A stretch of DNA of 62,000 nucleotides from Octopus vulgaris (taxonomy: Eukaryota), in the NCBI GenBank assembly GCA_951406725.2, contig OX597814.1, positions 169,280,001 to 169,342,000 on the forward strand, in the 5' to 3' direction. Both the position numbers and the translations under genes were made by a program. The notes under the pieces are model-generated. The model was not told the DNA's origin. It did not search any database and saw nothing but the letters and a program-made list of their open reading frames with translations. Of this stretch, positions 38,429 through 52,950 are shown piece after piece; the first letter of the stretch is position 1; every line of letters starts with the position of its first letter.

Positions 38429-38650
38429 CGAGCTGGCAGAAATGTTAGCATGCTGGGCAAAATGCTTAGCAGTATTTTGTCTGCTGCGTTCTGAGTTCAA
38501 ATTCCGCCGAGGTCGACTTTGCCTTTCATCCTTTCAGGGTCGATAAATTAAGTACTGGTTACGCACTGGGGACGATATAATCGACTTAATCCGTTTGTCT
38601 GTCCTTGTTTGTCCTCTCTGTGTTTAGCCCCTTTTGGGTAGTAAAGAAAT
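38429..38650 (+). mobile_element. SINE family B monomer with a 16-bp TSD, inserted in an RTE remnant
   Basis: aggtatcatacaatca at 38413-28 and 38651-66. Confidence 0.9.
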
Positions 38651-40139
38651 AGGTATCATACAATCATCTACCTTTCACCCTGAGGGAGAGCCCCTTTGTC
38701 ACCAACAAAGGTAATAGCTCTCTGAACTTTGCTCAGCTGACTGCATTTTCCCCCCACCACTGCTTCACAGCTGGCGTTAGTTTGTTAGTTTGTTTACATC
38801 CCCATACATCCTGTACACATACAACATGCTTCCATCTAGTTTCCACCATCCAGATTCACTCACAAGGCATTGGTTGGCCCGAAGCTATACTAGAAGACAT
38901 TTGCCCCAGCTACCATACACAGGGATTGAACCCAAGACTACATAGTTGAAAAGAGGGTTTCTTAACCATACAGCCTTTTTTTTTCCAATGGTTCTTCTAT
39001 ATATTGAAACCTTTCTTTTTCATACATCTTACGACATAATAAAACCATTCTTATTTGTTATTTAACATTACACCACAAATGTGAACAAGTGTTAAAACCT
39101 ATTGTATGTTCAGTGACTGCCTGCTTTGTCATTATACGTATATCAATAAATATGATTTTATTTTTCTGAACACTCTCTCCTGCAAAGTGTAAACCACATA
39201 TTTCCTGTTTGTTGCTCACTAATGTAATTCCTCTCTCTTCATAAAAATATTTTTCTGTTTGCTTTTTATTATTTTGTTTTATTTGTTATTTGTAAATACA
39301 TTTTTTTCTTTTTCTTTTCCTTTCATTTTTTTTTCTTTTTGTTTGTTTGTTTGGGTGTGTAGAATTTTAACTTTGTCCTTTTAACATTCATTGAGAAGTT
39401 GTGTATATTTATTGAGAGAGGGGTTGAGAAGGTTTTGAAGCGTTAATGGATTCAGGACTGTTATCGCTTAACACTAAACATAAAGAACTAGATATGATAA
39501 ATCATGTTATGTGTGTGTATGTGTGTATTTGTCTATATATCTGTAGGTACACACACACACACATAATGTATGTGTACCTACAGATATATAGGTAATGTGT
39601 GTGTGTATGTGCAGGAGTACTTGTTTCAATCATTGGACTGCAGCCATACAGGGGTACTGTCTTGAAGGGTCTTTGTTGATCAAATTGACCCTAGTGCTTA
39701 TGTCATTTTTAAAAAAAAATCTTATCCTTATTCTTTTGGTTGCTTTTGCTGAACCACCAAGTTATGGGGAAGTAAACAAACCAACACACCTGTTGTCTGT
39801 TAGGTGCGTATGTGTGTGCATTAAACAAAGATACAAAGACACACACTCGTGCACACATGCTGGTGCTACATAAATGTATCCATGCCAGTAACATGTAAGA
39901 AGCATCCAGCAGACTCTATTAAGTGGTTGACATTAGAAAGGGCATCCAGCTGTAGAAACCATACCACAACAGATGGTTCCCTGCTAGCCAGCTCCATATC
40001 AAATCATCCAGTTTATGTCAGCGTGGAAAGAGGACTTTAAACGATGATGATGATACACACACACACACACACATACACACACACAAAATGAGCTTTCACA
40101 CAATTTCTATTAAATAAATTCACTCACAGAGCATTCGTT

Positions 40140-41025
40140 GAGATCATCATCATCATCTTTTAACGTCTGCTTTCCATGCTAGCATGGGTTGGATGATTTT
40201 GACGGAGGGATGGCGAACCAGATGGCTGCACCAGGCTCCAATCTTGATCTGGCAGAGTTTCTACAGCTGGATGCCCTTCCTAACGCCAACCACTCTGAGA
40301 GTGTAGTGGGTGCTTTTTACGTGCCACCAGAACAGGGCCAGTCAGGTGGTACTGGCAATGACCTCGCTCAAATCTTTTTGCACATGCCACCAGCACAGGT
40401 GCCAGTAAGGCAATGCTGGTAACGATCACGCTCGAATGGTGCCTTTTATGTGCCACCGGCATGGAAGCCAATTAGCCGCTCTGGCAACGATCACGTTCAG
40501 ATGGTGCTCTTGGCACCCTACTAGCATGGGCACAAGTGCCAGTAAGGTGACGCTGGTAACAATCACACTTGAATGGTGCCTTTTATGTGCCACTGGCATG
40601 GAAGCCGGTTAGCTGCTCTGTCAATGATCACACTTGTATGGTGCTCTTTGCACCCAGCTAGCACGGATGCCAGTCATCGAATTTAATTTTGATTTTGATT
40701 TCACTTGCCTCAACAGGTCTTCACAAGTAGAGTTTAGTATCCAAAGAAGGAAAAGGTACGCATAAGTGGGCTGGTTACGCTCCTAGCATAGGCTACGAGG
40801 TTATGGTCTCATTTGGCTTACCAGGTCTTCTCAAGCACAGCATATTTCCAAAAGTCTCAGTCACTAGTCATTTCCTTGGTGAGGCCTAAAGTTCGAAGGT
40901 TGTGCTTCACCACCTCAACCCAGGTCTTCCTGGGTCTATCTCTTCCAGAGGTTCCCTCAACCACTAGGGTGTGGCACTTTTTCGCACAGCTATCCTCATC
41001 CATTCTTGCCACATATATATATATA
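40140..41025 (-). mobile_element. RTE LINE 3' fragment (end of ORF, repeat-containing 3' UTR, (GAT)n tail)
   Basis: Peptide CAKKCHTLVVEGTSGRDRPRKTWVEVVKHNLRTLGLTKEMT. Confidence 0.85.
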
Positions 41026-41711
41026 GGTGCAGTCGTGGCTGTGTGGTAAGAAGCTTGCTTCCCAATCACATGGTTTCGTAGATTTTTCAGTTGGAAACTG
41101 AATGAAGCCCGTCGTATGTATATATATATATATATATTAATAATAAGGACACATTGAAGTGTCTATCCACTAGAAATAAGAGTCAAAACCATTATTTGAA
41201 CCATCAAACAAAATTTACACTGAAAGCAACAGATTCAATAGTATACTAGCAGATTGAAAATAATCTCTCACATACCAATATAGCATAACGCTATATATTT
41301 AATGGTATAGGTATACATGTGGACTGGTTTCTGGTTTGATACAAAGATCTTACCTCCCTCAGCACATCTTAACCCTTTGAAACACTATCCGAATCTGTAA
41401 ATCTGCTGGTGTCCTTAATTGCCTAGTGCCAAAATGCGGACATATGTATATATTTGTATCCTTGTATTTGTGTTTGTCTCCCTCCCATTACCACTTGACA
41501 ACTGATGGTGGTGTGTTTACATCCCTGTAACTTAGCAATTTGGCAAAAGAGACCAATAGAATAAGTACTATGCTTAAAAAATAAGTCCTGTGATTGATTG
41601 TTTGACTAAAACCCTTCAAGGCAGTGCTCCAGCATGGCCACAATCAGATCACTCAAACAAGTAAAAGAATAAAAGAATATATGTGTGTTGTCGTTGTTGT
41701 TGTTGTTGTTG

Positions 41712-41744
<33 letters not shown>

Positions 41745-42549
41745 TGCATATGTGTACAGTGTGAAGTGAGATACCTAAATTTATTACACACATTGCAGAT
41801 GTGACAGGGTGTGATAAGTTTGAGTATCTCCTGCATCACTGTACACATGTATTTGCATGTGTGGGATATTCTGTGTGATTCATATAGCACTGTATGCCTA
41901 ACACATATGCACATACACATACATATGCACATACACATACATATGCATACACACATGCATAAAGTACATAGCAGAGGAGAGTATTGTTGTTTGAGTCAGA
42001 AACTCAATGAACAGTATAATTTGGTTTTACCAAGAGTGTGAGCACGTGGATGGAGGCGGGGTTAGAGAGAGAGAGAGAAAGAAGAAGAAAGAAAAGAAAG
42101 TGAAAGAGAGAGAGAGAATGACAGAGAATTTTGTGCATCTCATAAAACATTGCACACAGACGTGTGTGTGTATGTTTGCTCTGTGCTTTTTTATTTATTC
42201 ACCACCCCGCTTACACATTTATCTGATGTCATATTTGTTTCCAGGTCTTTGCCAAATCCATGGTTTTCATCTAACTGTCAATCTGTCATTGATGTTTTTT
42301 GGTTATTTATCTGTATACGTACTTCCATATCCATAGATAATGTACACAAACATAAGTACATACTTACACACACACCCACCCACATCTACCCCACTGCCCA
42401 CATACACACAGTCATGTTTTATTGGAAGCGTTCATACATTGGAATACAAAGATGGGTTGGTGGTAAACTCCCAACAAAACTTCTAGATTCAAACACAATT
42501 GGTCTACTATACTTTGGGATGAACAACAAAAATTAGATATTAGATAGAC

Positions 42550-42708
42550 ATAGCTATGTGATAAGAAGTTTGTTTCTCAACCATGTGGTTCTGGGTTCAG
42601 TCCCACTGCGTGGTACCTTGGGGAAGTGTTTTCAACAATATTCCTTAACTGACCAAAACCTTGTGAGTGGATTACATGGACAAAAACTGAAAGAAGCTCA
42701 TTGGGTAC

Positions 42709-42768
<60 letters not shown>

Positions 42769-43099
42769 ATGTGTGTGTGTATGTGTATTTGTGTGTGTGT
42801 GTGTGCATGCACACGTGTGTGTGTGTGTGTTACTGCTTACTTGCCTTGACATTGCATGATAGTTGTAAATGAGTGTCACTGTCATACTGGTGGTGTCTTC
42901 CATTACCAATCTTCCATAAAAAAAGATGTCTGGTCATGGGGAAATATTATCTTGTTTGGAAACAAGAGGGCTGGTGATTATAAGGGCACTCCTGATATAG
43001 AAACCCTGTTTCAACATATTCTGTCTGACTTGCAAGCTTGGAAAAGAGGAACTGTGAAGTGAAAAATAATGATGATGTTGATGATGATGATGATGATGT

Positions 43100-43148
<49 letters not shown>

Positions 43149-43227
43149 GGTGGTGGTGGTGGTGGTGGTGGTGGTGCTGATGATGATGATGATGGTGATG
43201 GTGATGGTGGTGATGGTGATGATGATG

Positions 43228-43277
<50 letters not shown>

Positions 43278-43300
43278 GATGATGGTGATGGTGATGATGT
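42550..43300 (+). mobile_element. SINE family A head with an RTE-type 3' end and (GAT)n/(GGT)n tail
   Basis: Same architecture at 36130-36635. Confidence 0.7.
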
Positions 43301-43655
43301 GAGTTATAGTTAGCTCCTTAGCAGCTGCAGCCTACCTTTATTCAAGTTCAGTAGGAGAAATTGAGCAAGTACGAACCCTTATTTTGAAACTTTCAACTCT
43401 TCTGCTCAGATTTATAAAACCCATAATCAGTGGCTCATTTAGGTATGTTACTCAGGTCATGAATACTCATTGTCATAAATAAGAACCTCTTCCAGGCAAA
43501 GAATGAAACTTCAGGGTAATATTATCTTCCTTGGAAACGGCTGATAGCCAGCAACATGAAGGGCATCCAACCATAGAAGATCTGCCTCGATGAATTTCAT
43601 TTGATCCATGCAAGCATGTAAAAGTGGCCATCAGAATTATGACAACAACAACAAC

Positions 43656-43700
<45 letters not shown>

Positions 43701-45293
43701 GATGTTGATGATGATAAAAGCTTTTATGTTTAAAATAATGCAATCCAAAATTTTGTCAGTTCCAATTGATGGAACTTTGATTTTAAGATAAAATCTGCTG
43801 CAATGTCTATTTGCTTTTCCTTTTCTTTGTGTGAAAGATTGCTCAAGTTTCACATTTATAAATGGGTTTTCAACCTCAAAATTGGTTTGCAATTTTCATC
43901 TAGAAAATACTTTGTTACTGATTAATTTCATATCAGATTAATGTTGCAGAAGTGAATATTTTATAGTTTAATTTCAGGATGTTCAGTTTGTCAGCATAAA
44001 ACCGGCTGTGTGGTTAAGAAACCCACTTTGCAACCATGTGGTTCCAGGTTCAGGTTCAGTCCTATTGTATGGCACCTTCAGCAAGTTCTTTGTTCCTACT
44101 ATGGCTCTGGACCAACCAGTGCCTTGTGAGTGAATCTGGTAGATCAAAACTGGAAGCTTGTCAATTTTTCTCTCCTCATTTATTTTTTCTCTAGAAGAGT
44201 TTAATCTGGAAACATAAAAGAATTTACCTTAAAGAATTTTCATGATGTTAACCTAATATGCTATTTTTTTTTTTTACCTCATCTTTGTGTTATTTATAAT
44301 TTTTGCACTATATTATAACTATAACTATATTATTAAGACTCAAGACTATTGAAAAGGTTGCAAGACGCAACGGAAATTTTAGGAAAATAGAAATAAGAAA
44401 TAAGTGGAAATTTTACCGGTGAGTGTGTTACATTATAAGGCACAAAAAGAAAATGACTCTCCCCAGACACAACAGAATATGCTTCAACACACGAACTCAA
44501 ATAAAGAATCTTGCAAACCAAATCCAAAAACGAAATATAGTATACATATGTACTTATGTATATACAAAAAATGGTAAAAACTCCCTTTGGTCATGAATGA
44601 CCATGGGATTGCACCTAGAAAGTTATCCTCCAAGGCAAAGATCTGGGTAAAGTTATTTATGGAAGACCAGCACTCACCCATGCATACCAGCCTCTCCATG
44701 CTACTGATGTTACCCAAGGGAAAGGCAAAGACCAACACAACTTGGCATCAGTCACTTCACAACTCATTTCTACAGCTGAGTGAACTGGAGCAACATGGAA
44801 TGAAGTGTCTTACTCAAGAACACAACACACAGCCTGGTCCGAGAATTGAACTCACTACCTCATGATGGTTGTGAGCTCAACACTCTAACCACTGAGCTAT
44901 ATATGCATATTTGCATGTATGTCATTGTGTTAGTGCTTTCCACTGCTCGACGACCAGTATTGGTTTGTTTACATCCCTGTAACTTAGAGGTTTGGCAAAA
45001 GAGACCTATAGAATAAGTATCAGACTTGCAAGATAAGTACTGGGTTCAACCAATCTGTTTGATTAAAACACTTAAAAGCAGTGCTCAGTACAGTCACAGT
45101 TCAATACCTGAAATGAACAGAAATAATAAGAAAAAAGGCATGGCAGTGTGGTAAGAAGGTTGCTTCCCAGCCACATGGTTCCAGATTCAGTCCCACTGCA
45201 TGGCACCTTGAGCAAGTGTCTTCTACTATAGCCCTGGGCCAACCAAAGCATTATGAGTGGATTTAATAGATGGAAATTTGAAAGAAACTCGTC

Positions 45294-45435
<142 letters not shown>

Positions 45436-45440
45436 GTATA

Positions 45441-45486
<46 letters not shown>

Positions 45487-46853
45487 TACATATATATATA
45501 TGTATATGTTTGTGTGTGTGTGTCTGTGTTTGTCTGTGATTTGGCAAATAGAAATTAAAAGAAGCTCATTTTGTGCATGCATATGTGTATGTATGTATAT
45601 GTATATGTATATGTATATATATGTATGTGTGTGTGTATATATATATATATACATACATACAAACACACACACACACACACACACACATGTATATATATAT
45701 AGAAATATTACATTTCTTAATATCTCAGGGAGATATAAGCAGTAGTGGTACAACAGAGTAGTTGTATACTGTCAACTGAATGTGACAGTCCCATGAAGGG
45801 AATCACACCATTGCTATTACTTATTCTATCAGCCTCTTTTGCCAAACCACTAAATTATGGGGATGTAAACACACCAACATCAGTAGTCAAGCGATGGTGT
45901 GGGGAGACAAACAAAGACAGACAAAGGGATTAAGTCGATTACATTGACCCCAGTTCATAACTGGTACTTAATTTATCGACCCCAAAAGGATGAAAGGCAA
46001 AGTTGACCTCGGCGGAATATGAACTCAGAACGTAACAGTAGATGAAATACCGCTATGCATTTCGCCCAGCGTACTAACATTTCTGCCAGCTTGCTGTCTC
46101 TTACCACACAGCCACTCCTGTGCCTTTATCAATGTTTTTCACATACCTTTTTTTTTTCTCCATGAATTTCACCATCAGACTTTATTAAGTGTTCTGCCAT
46201 TGTAGATGCTTTACTTGGTTTTGCAATTTGAAGCCAGTATATGCAATTTGAAGCAAGGAAAGCGTTTTTGCTTTTTTGACAAAAATGATGAAATTTTAGC
46301 TTTCCTTTCATTCAATTCCAGATACTTTCATGTAAAATATTCTTCACTCATGATTGTAAAAGATAAATGTGTTGCCTAAATTTGTTATGCGTGACAAAAG
46401 CAGTATTAGTTCAAAGCAGCAATCTGTGTATCATAGGCATTTTCATGTTTAAAAGCCTGAAAATCTCTTATAGATGTATAATGTTAGCAATGTCACTGCT
46501 GCTGGTGGATGACTTTTATTTATTGCTGATATATTTCTGGGTTTTTTTTAACACTATACATCTACTGGAAATACTTTCTTGAGACTTTCAATGGTTTATA
46601 TACTTTAAGTATGATACACAAATTGCTATTGTTTAAATATTGCTTTAATTTCACTAGATTTAAGTTGCTGTTATTTTAAACTCTTTCACATTCAATTCAC
46701 ATTCCACTTATCACCAGTCTTATCACCAGTTCAAGTGATACCGTGAACAATACAAGCTTAATCATATTTTTACTTCTTATTTTTTCATGGTTCATCTTGC
46801 TGTTTTGATGATCTTGCAACTGAATTTGTTATAGGCTCAAACTGTGTAACATC

Positions 46854-47477
46854 TGTAGTGGCACAAGCAGTCAGCGCCATGTCGGATGAGATCTTGCGGC
46901 AGCCATTGCCATCTCCGAGACTGGAGCGAGACCTCACCTGCATCCATTTGCCATGCGAGAGATCCCAACGAGGCTCGTGATGGCAAACTGTATAAAAGGG
47001 CCAAACAGAAACAGATTCATTCTCTTTTCACCACAAGCGCTTGCCGAGCACACTTCACTGGCTGGGTCTCCAAGCTAGTCCCGTCTGCATGTTGTATCTC
47101 CAGAGGCAATGGGCAATGAGGCTATAGTAGAAGACACTTGCCCATAGTACCACGCAGTGAGACTGAACCCAGAACATGTGGTTGGGAAGCAAGTTTCTTA
47201 CCACACAGCCTCTCCTGTGCCTTTATCAATGTTTTTCACATACTTTTTTTTTGTCTCCATGAATTTCACCAACAAAATGCACACAGATTGAAATGGTATG
47301 CTGAGAGCAACACACTTCACCTATTCTGTGAAACTTGTAAATAAACCGGTTGTAAATTGCATTTGTACCTAAAGACTTCCTTCCTTGCCTGCTGAAGCCT
47401 GAATTACACGAAGAACAATATTTAATGGGAGAAGGCGATATTCACCCGATATCGTAAACCTTGCCTCCCATTATACA
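46854..47477 (+). mobile_element. Solo LTR (TG...CA) with an internal SINE-head insertion
   Basis: tgtagtgg...ccattataca ends, TATA-like tgtataaaag, aataaa; homologous to 17115-17482; no TSD recognised. Confidence 0.65.
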
Positions 47478-48874
47478 CTGTTTTTCATTCATGTGATTTG
47501 GGTTCTGCCTATTAACACTTGACATATTGATTGTTTTAATCATTCAGCCATTAGGGATGTAAATAGAGTGTGATTTATTGATTACCGAAAATTATAATTG
47601 CCTGAAACATCAATTTACGCTATGCATACATTAAAAAGTTACTAAACTATTTAATACTAGTATTTTAACAGCCATTGCGCATTTGTTGTTTCCTAAACTG
47701 AAAGCAATTGAAAATTATTGCATAATATTGACTTGGAGTTGCTAAATTTCACCGGCTCAGTAAAATATATCCAGAATTAATATTCTTACATCAAAACTAA
47801 GTGCTTGTTATTCAAGCAGAAGATACTATGAAAATCCTATATAAATTTGTCTGTTGAGTCTATGTGGAGGTATGTGTGTCAGTGGCATTACTTTCCTTCA
47901 CCTGTGGATATAGTTGTGTATGTATGTGAATATGTATGCGTGTGTGAGAGAGCTGACTGACTGCTGGAGGAATATAAAATGCTGAATATTGTGAAGGTGG
48001 GGGAAGAGTTTTGTGGTGGGGAAAAGGCATGTCCTAGTGTGTACTTGCATATGTTATGTGTGTGTGTGTGTGTTTGTTTATTGTTTTAACAAGTAATGTG
48101 TTAGTCTATATATGAATATATTTAAGCATGTGTGTGTGTATTTTTTCATTGCTTTAACAGCTGTATACATATATCTGTATGTGTGTAACTATGTGTTGTA
48201 ACTAATATACTGCGTTTGTTTATACTGATTAAATCAGTGATAAAAATAAACAAAAATACAAGAATTTTTTTTTTTCAATAAACAATGTTTCATTACAATT
48301 ATATGAACATACATATTTTAAAACACTTCTATACTACATATTTATTTCTTTAAAACTCAGCCATGGAAACCAGCAATATCTGATGCAAATCGTCTGAGTT
48401 CCAGAGACTTCAGTTTAAGTAACCATGTGCAAGAGCAGTGGAAGCCTGTTGTGTGAATATGTATGTGCATGCACCTACATGTTTTTGTTTGTGTTTATCC
48501 CCACTTCCCTATGCTTGACAGCCAATGTTGGTTCATTTACGTCCCTGTAACATAACAGCTTGGCAAAATAGACCGATGGAATACATACTGAACTTTAAAA
48601 AGTTCATATGAACTTTAAAAATGGTCCATATGGCTCTTGAGGACTTTGGGGGTTCCACGCAACAAAATAGTAAACTGGGAATCCACAATATTTTAAGGGC
48701 CCCTGAAAAAATTTTACTTTAGATCTAGGTATTGGTGTGTATTGCAAGAAACAGCTAGGTTTCTTTCTCTAATGTTTTACATTGTTCAACCTACACAAGT
48801 GAAAAATGAAATAGAGATTTATTCCTCCAAATTTGAATGAGAAATTCAAAGGTATGTGGATTCCATGAATGATT

Positions 48875-49830
48875 TCCCAGATGTTCAATATGTGCACCAC
48901 CTGAGACACGGCACACATCAAGCCAGTAGTCGAGCTCCTCCCAAATATGCTTCAGTATGTCTTGGGTAACAGTCTCCAGTGTGGTAGTGATTCTCTACTG
49001 GAGTTCCTCTAGGTTTGCAGGAAGAGCAGGGATATAGACCAGGCCCTTCACGTAGCTCCAGAGAAAAAACCACAAGGTGTCAGGTCAGGTGAACGTGGCA
49101 GCCATTTCAACAGCACATTGTCTTCCTCACCAGCATGCCCGGTCCATCTCCCTCGCAGATTGTCTTTGAGATAAGCCCTCACAGTGAGCTTCCAGTGAGG
49201 TGGAGCCCCATCCTGTTGAAAAATGAAGTCTTCATGTTCATTTGCAATGAGCTCATCCATTTGCCAGTTCTGAAGCATTTGCAGATAAACATCACTGGTC
49301 ACATTTCCCTGAAAGAAAAACGGGCCATGAAGATGCTTCTTGGAGATGGCACAGAACACATTCACTTTTAGTAAGTTCCTCTCATGCTAAACTGTGGCAT
49401 GGGATTTTCTTTGCCTTAAATGCGAACATTTTACTTATTGACTTTACCATTCATATGAAATGTGGCCTCATCACTGAAAACAAGGTGTTACTTGAACTCG
49501 GCTTCTTCAAATTTCTTTTGCATATCGACACAGAATTGTTTGTGCTTTTGCTTGTCATCTGCCATTATGGCCTGAATGAGCTGCAGCTTGTAGGGTTTCA
49601 TTAGCAAGCATTTCCTCAGGACATGCCAAACTATTGTTGGAGGAATCTGGGTTTCCAGACTTGTTCTTCTGATGGACTTCTTGAGGCTTCGCATGAGTTT
49701 TGGGTGAACCCGCTCAACCATTTCTTCCTATGTTAAAGGTCATCCAGATCCTTTTGCCCTGCACAGACAACCTTCCTCTTTGAATGTTTTGTGCCATGTC
49801 CAAATCTGCATCAGTTGGATGGTTTAACAG
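48875..49830 (-). pseudogene. Tc1/mariner transposase pseudogene (DD41D/rosa-like, longer spacer)
   Basis: KPYKLQL, NVFCAIS, FQQDGAPPHW, WLPRSPDLTPCGFF and SGGAHIEHL motifs; frameshifted. Confidence 0.9.
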
Positions 49831-50279
49831 GATCTGGGGAGAACATGGCCATGTTGAGCTCTAATGTCAGCATTGGTATGGCTTTGATGGTTAGATGCCC
49901 TTCCTAACACCAATATACATTATATGTATATATATATCATAGGTACAGGTGTGGCTGTGTGGTAAGGAGATTGCTTCCCAACAACATGGTTCCACATTCA
50001 GTCCCACTGTGTGACACCTTGGGTGAGTGTCTTCTATAGCCACAGACTGACCAAAGCCTTGTGAGTGGATTTGGAAGACAGAAACTGAAAGAAGCCGGTC
50101 ATATATATATATATATATATGTATATATCTACATGTGTGTGTGTTTTTATGTGTGTTTGTTCCCCACTACCACTTGACAACTGGTGTTGGTGTGTTTACA
50201 TCTTTGTAACTTAGCAGTTCGGCAAAAAGAGACCAGTAGAATAAGTACCAAGCTTTAAAAAAATACCCTGAGGTCGATT

Positions 50280-51470
50280 TCATCATCATCATTATTAATT
50301 AATGTCTGTTGTCTGTGCTGGGATATGTTGACCAAGGCTGGCATGGTGGAAGGCTGTACCAGACTCTAGTCTGATTTGGCATGATTTCTACAGCTGGACG
50401 CCCTTCCTAACGCCAACCACTCCAAGAATGTAATGAGTGCTTTTATGTGCCACCAGCATGAGTGCCATTTGCATAACACCTGTATCTGCCATGACTACAA
50501 TTTAACTTGGCTTGATGGGTCTTCTTCTCAAGCATGGCATAATACCAAAGGTCTTGGTTATTTGTCATTGCCTCATCGAGGCCCAACACTCAAAAGATGC
50601 TTTTATATGCCACCAGCATCACTCCTCTTGCTTCCATGAGGCCCAATGCTTGAAAGGTGCTTTTTACATGTCATTTGCCAGTTATGTGACACCAGCATCA
50701 GCCACGACTATAATTTCACTTATAAGTATGGCATATCACCAAAGGTCTCAGTCACTAGTCATTACCTCTGTGAGGCCCAACGTTCAAAGATCATGCTTCA
50801 CCACCTCATCCCATGTCTTCCTGGGTCTACCTCTACCACAGGTTCCCTCCACAGTTAGAGATCAGCACTTCTGTATACAGCTGTTCTTATCCATACACAC
50901 CACATGACCATACCAATGCAGTTGTCTCTCTTGCATACCACATCTGATGGCTCTTATGCCCAGCTTTTCTCTCAGGATGCTTACACTCTGTCGAACATGC
51001 ACACTGACATTGCATATCCAGTGAAGCATACTGGTTTCATTTCTTTCAAGCCTATGCATGTCCTCAGCTGTCACAGCCCATGTTTCACTGCCATGTAGCA
51101 TAACAGTTTGCACACAATCATCATACAGTGTGCCTTTCACTCTGAGGGAGAAACCCTTTGTTGCCAGCAGGGGCAGGTGTTCTCTGAACTTTGCCCAGCC
51201 CATTCTTATTCTCACAGCTATGCTCTCAGAGCACCCACCTCCAATACTAAATTGGTCACCTACATAATGGAAGCTATCTTCTACCTCTAGTTTACCCCAA
51301 CTCACAGTTGATGGAGTCTATTTTCTGTACATTTTCAGTATTTATTGTACCTGTGCACCTTCCGCACACAAAAACTATACTCCCAGTTAACCTTCCTCTG
51401 ATATTGTTGCACCTCTTATGTTTCTATAGTTTACATTAAGATCAAACAGACTATCTACCTGAAGGGATTT
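50280..51470 (-). mobile_element. RTE LINE 3' portion, the longest copy in the window
   Basis: ORF 50862-51305 has SFHYVGD...MLHGSETWAV...QLHWYGHVVCMD, characteristic of the RTE ORF C-terminus. Confidence 0.9.
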
Positions 51471-51597
51471 GTGATTTACCTTCCTTCCTACTTACTAAGA
51501 CTTTGATTTGTTTGATTAAAACCCTTCAAGGCAGTGCCTTAGCATGGCCGCAGCCAAATAGCCAAAACAAATAAAAATACTAAAGGAATATATATAT

Positions 51598-51790
51598 ATA
51601 GCCATAATATATCGGTAGCCACTACACACATTTTTTTCTCTCCTTGTATCTTTCTGTGTTCCTTTCTGTGGAAGAGCGTAGGCTCGAACCGTGAACCACT
51701 TTTTCAATTCCCAAGCATTATACTAATACATCTGTTTGTTTTGTACACCACCTGTCTTTGTCTTTTGTTTTTTTATGAATTCCCCCATAT
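51598..51790 (+). mobile_element. (TA)n-flanked short element with a decayed hammerhead-like motif
   Basis: cttt-CTGTGGA-A-GAGC-gtag-GCTC-GAAC-CG-TG (51662-51693); same GAGC/GCTC stem II as the 10652-10687 motif. Confidence 0.4.
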
Positions 51791-51793
51791 ATA

Positions 51794-51890
<97 letters not shown>

Positions 51891-52485
51891 TGAACAAATG
51901 AATGGAAGTAACACTAAGCACGTAGTTGGAGTTGTATTTATTGAGTAACAAGTGGATTTAGCTCCTCATGTTTCTTAAAGTTTCATTGCCATGAAAGGAT
52001 GTCCATCTCTCATTTTCAACAATCACCATACACTTGTGACTCAGTGACATTAACATTCCACCTGCTTTAAGTTGTGAGGTGTCATCATCTTCCATCTATT
52101 TTTAACCACATAGCCATACTTGACCATTTGGTTATAAACTCTCGCTCTCTCTCAGTATGTAATACAGAAACCATTTCTCACCATTTTATGTCATAAGCAC
52201 AGGTGTTGCTTATATGCTAAATACCTTGCATTGAAGACTAAGTGACACTAATATCCTGTCTGCTTTAACATATGGTGAGCTTCCTTCAAGTTGTCTGCTA
52301 TCACTAAGTCATATCACTTTTCCATTCCAACATGGTTTGAAATGATGAAATAGGAGTTAAGTTCTTTCTGTAATAAAGAAGCAAATTTGTTTTTTTCCAC
52401 TTTGCTTCTGAATGTCTGTGAAGAGGGATGCTTTATCATATCCATGAAACTCAAAGTAACAAGACAACCTGAGTCAAACTGTTAT

Positions 52486-52524
<39 letters not shown>

Positions 52525-52549
52525 TTATGTATATGTATGTAGGCATTCT

Positions 52550-52752
52550 TTTTTTTCTTTTACTTGTTTCAGTCAACTGACTGTGGCCATGCTGGAGCAT
52601 CCCCTTGAAGAGTTTTAGTCGAGCAAATCGACCCCTGAACTTATTCTTTGTAAGCCTAGTGCTTATTCTATTGCTCTCTTTTTGGCAAACCACTAAGTTA
52701 CAGGGGAGTAAACACACCAACATCGGTTGTCAAGTGACAGCGGGGTGACACA

Positions 52753-52797
<45 letters not shown>

Positions 52798-52950
52798 CAG
52801 GCTTCTTTCAGTTTCCATCTAATAAAATCCACTCACAAGGTTTTGGTCAGCCCAAGGCTATAGTTGAAGACATTTGCTCAAGGTACCATGCAATGGGACT
52901 GAACCCAGAGCCATGTGGTTGGGGATCAAGCTTCTTACCACACACCCATG
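52550..52950 (-). mobile_element. SINE family A
   Basis: Colinear with the other family A copies. Confidence 0.85.

Noticed and set aside
43473-43892. 139-aa minus-strand ORF
   Set aside because: Runs through a (CAT)n tract and an RTE/SINE tail; the nearby acceptor puts a stop in this frame.
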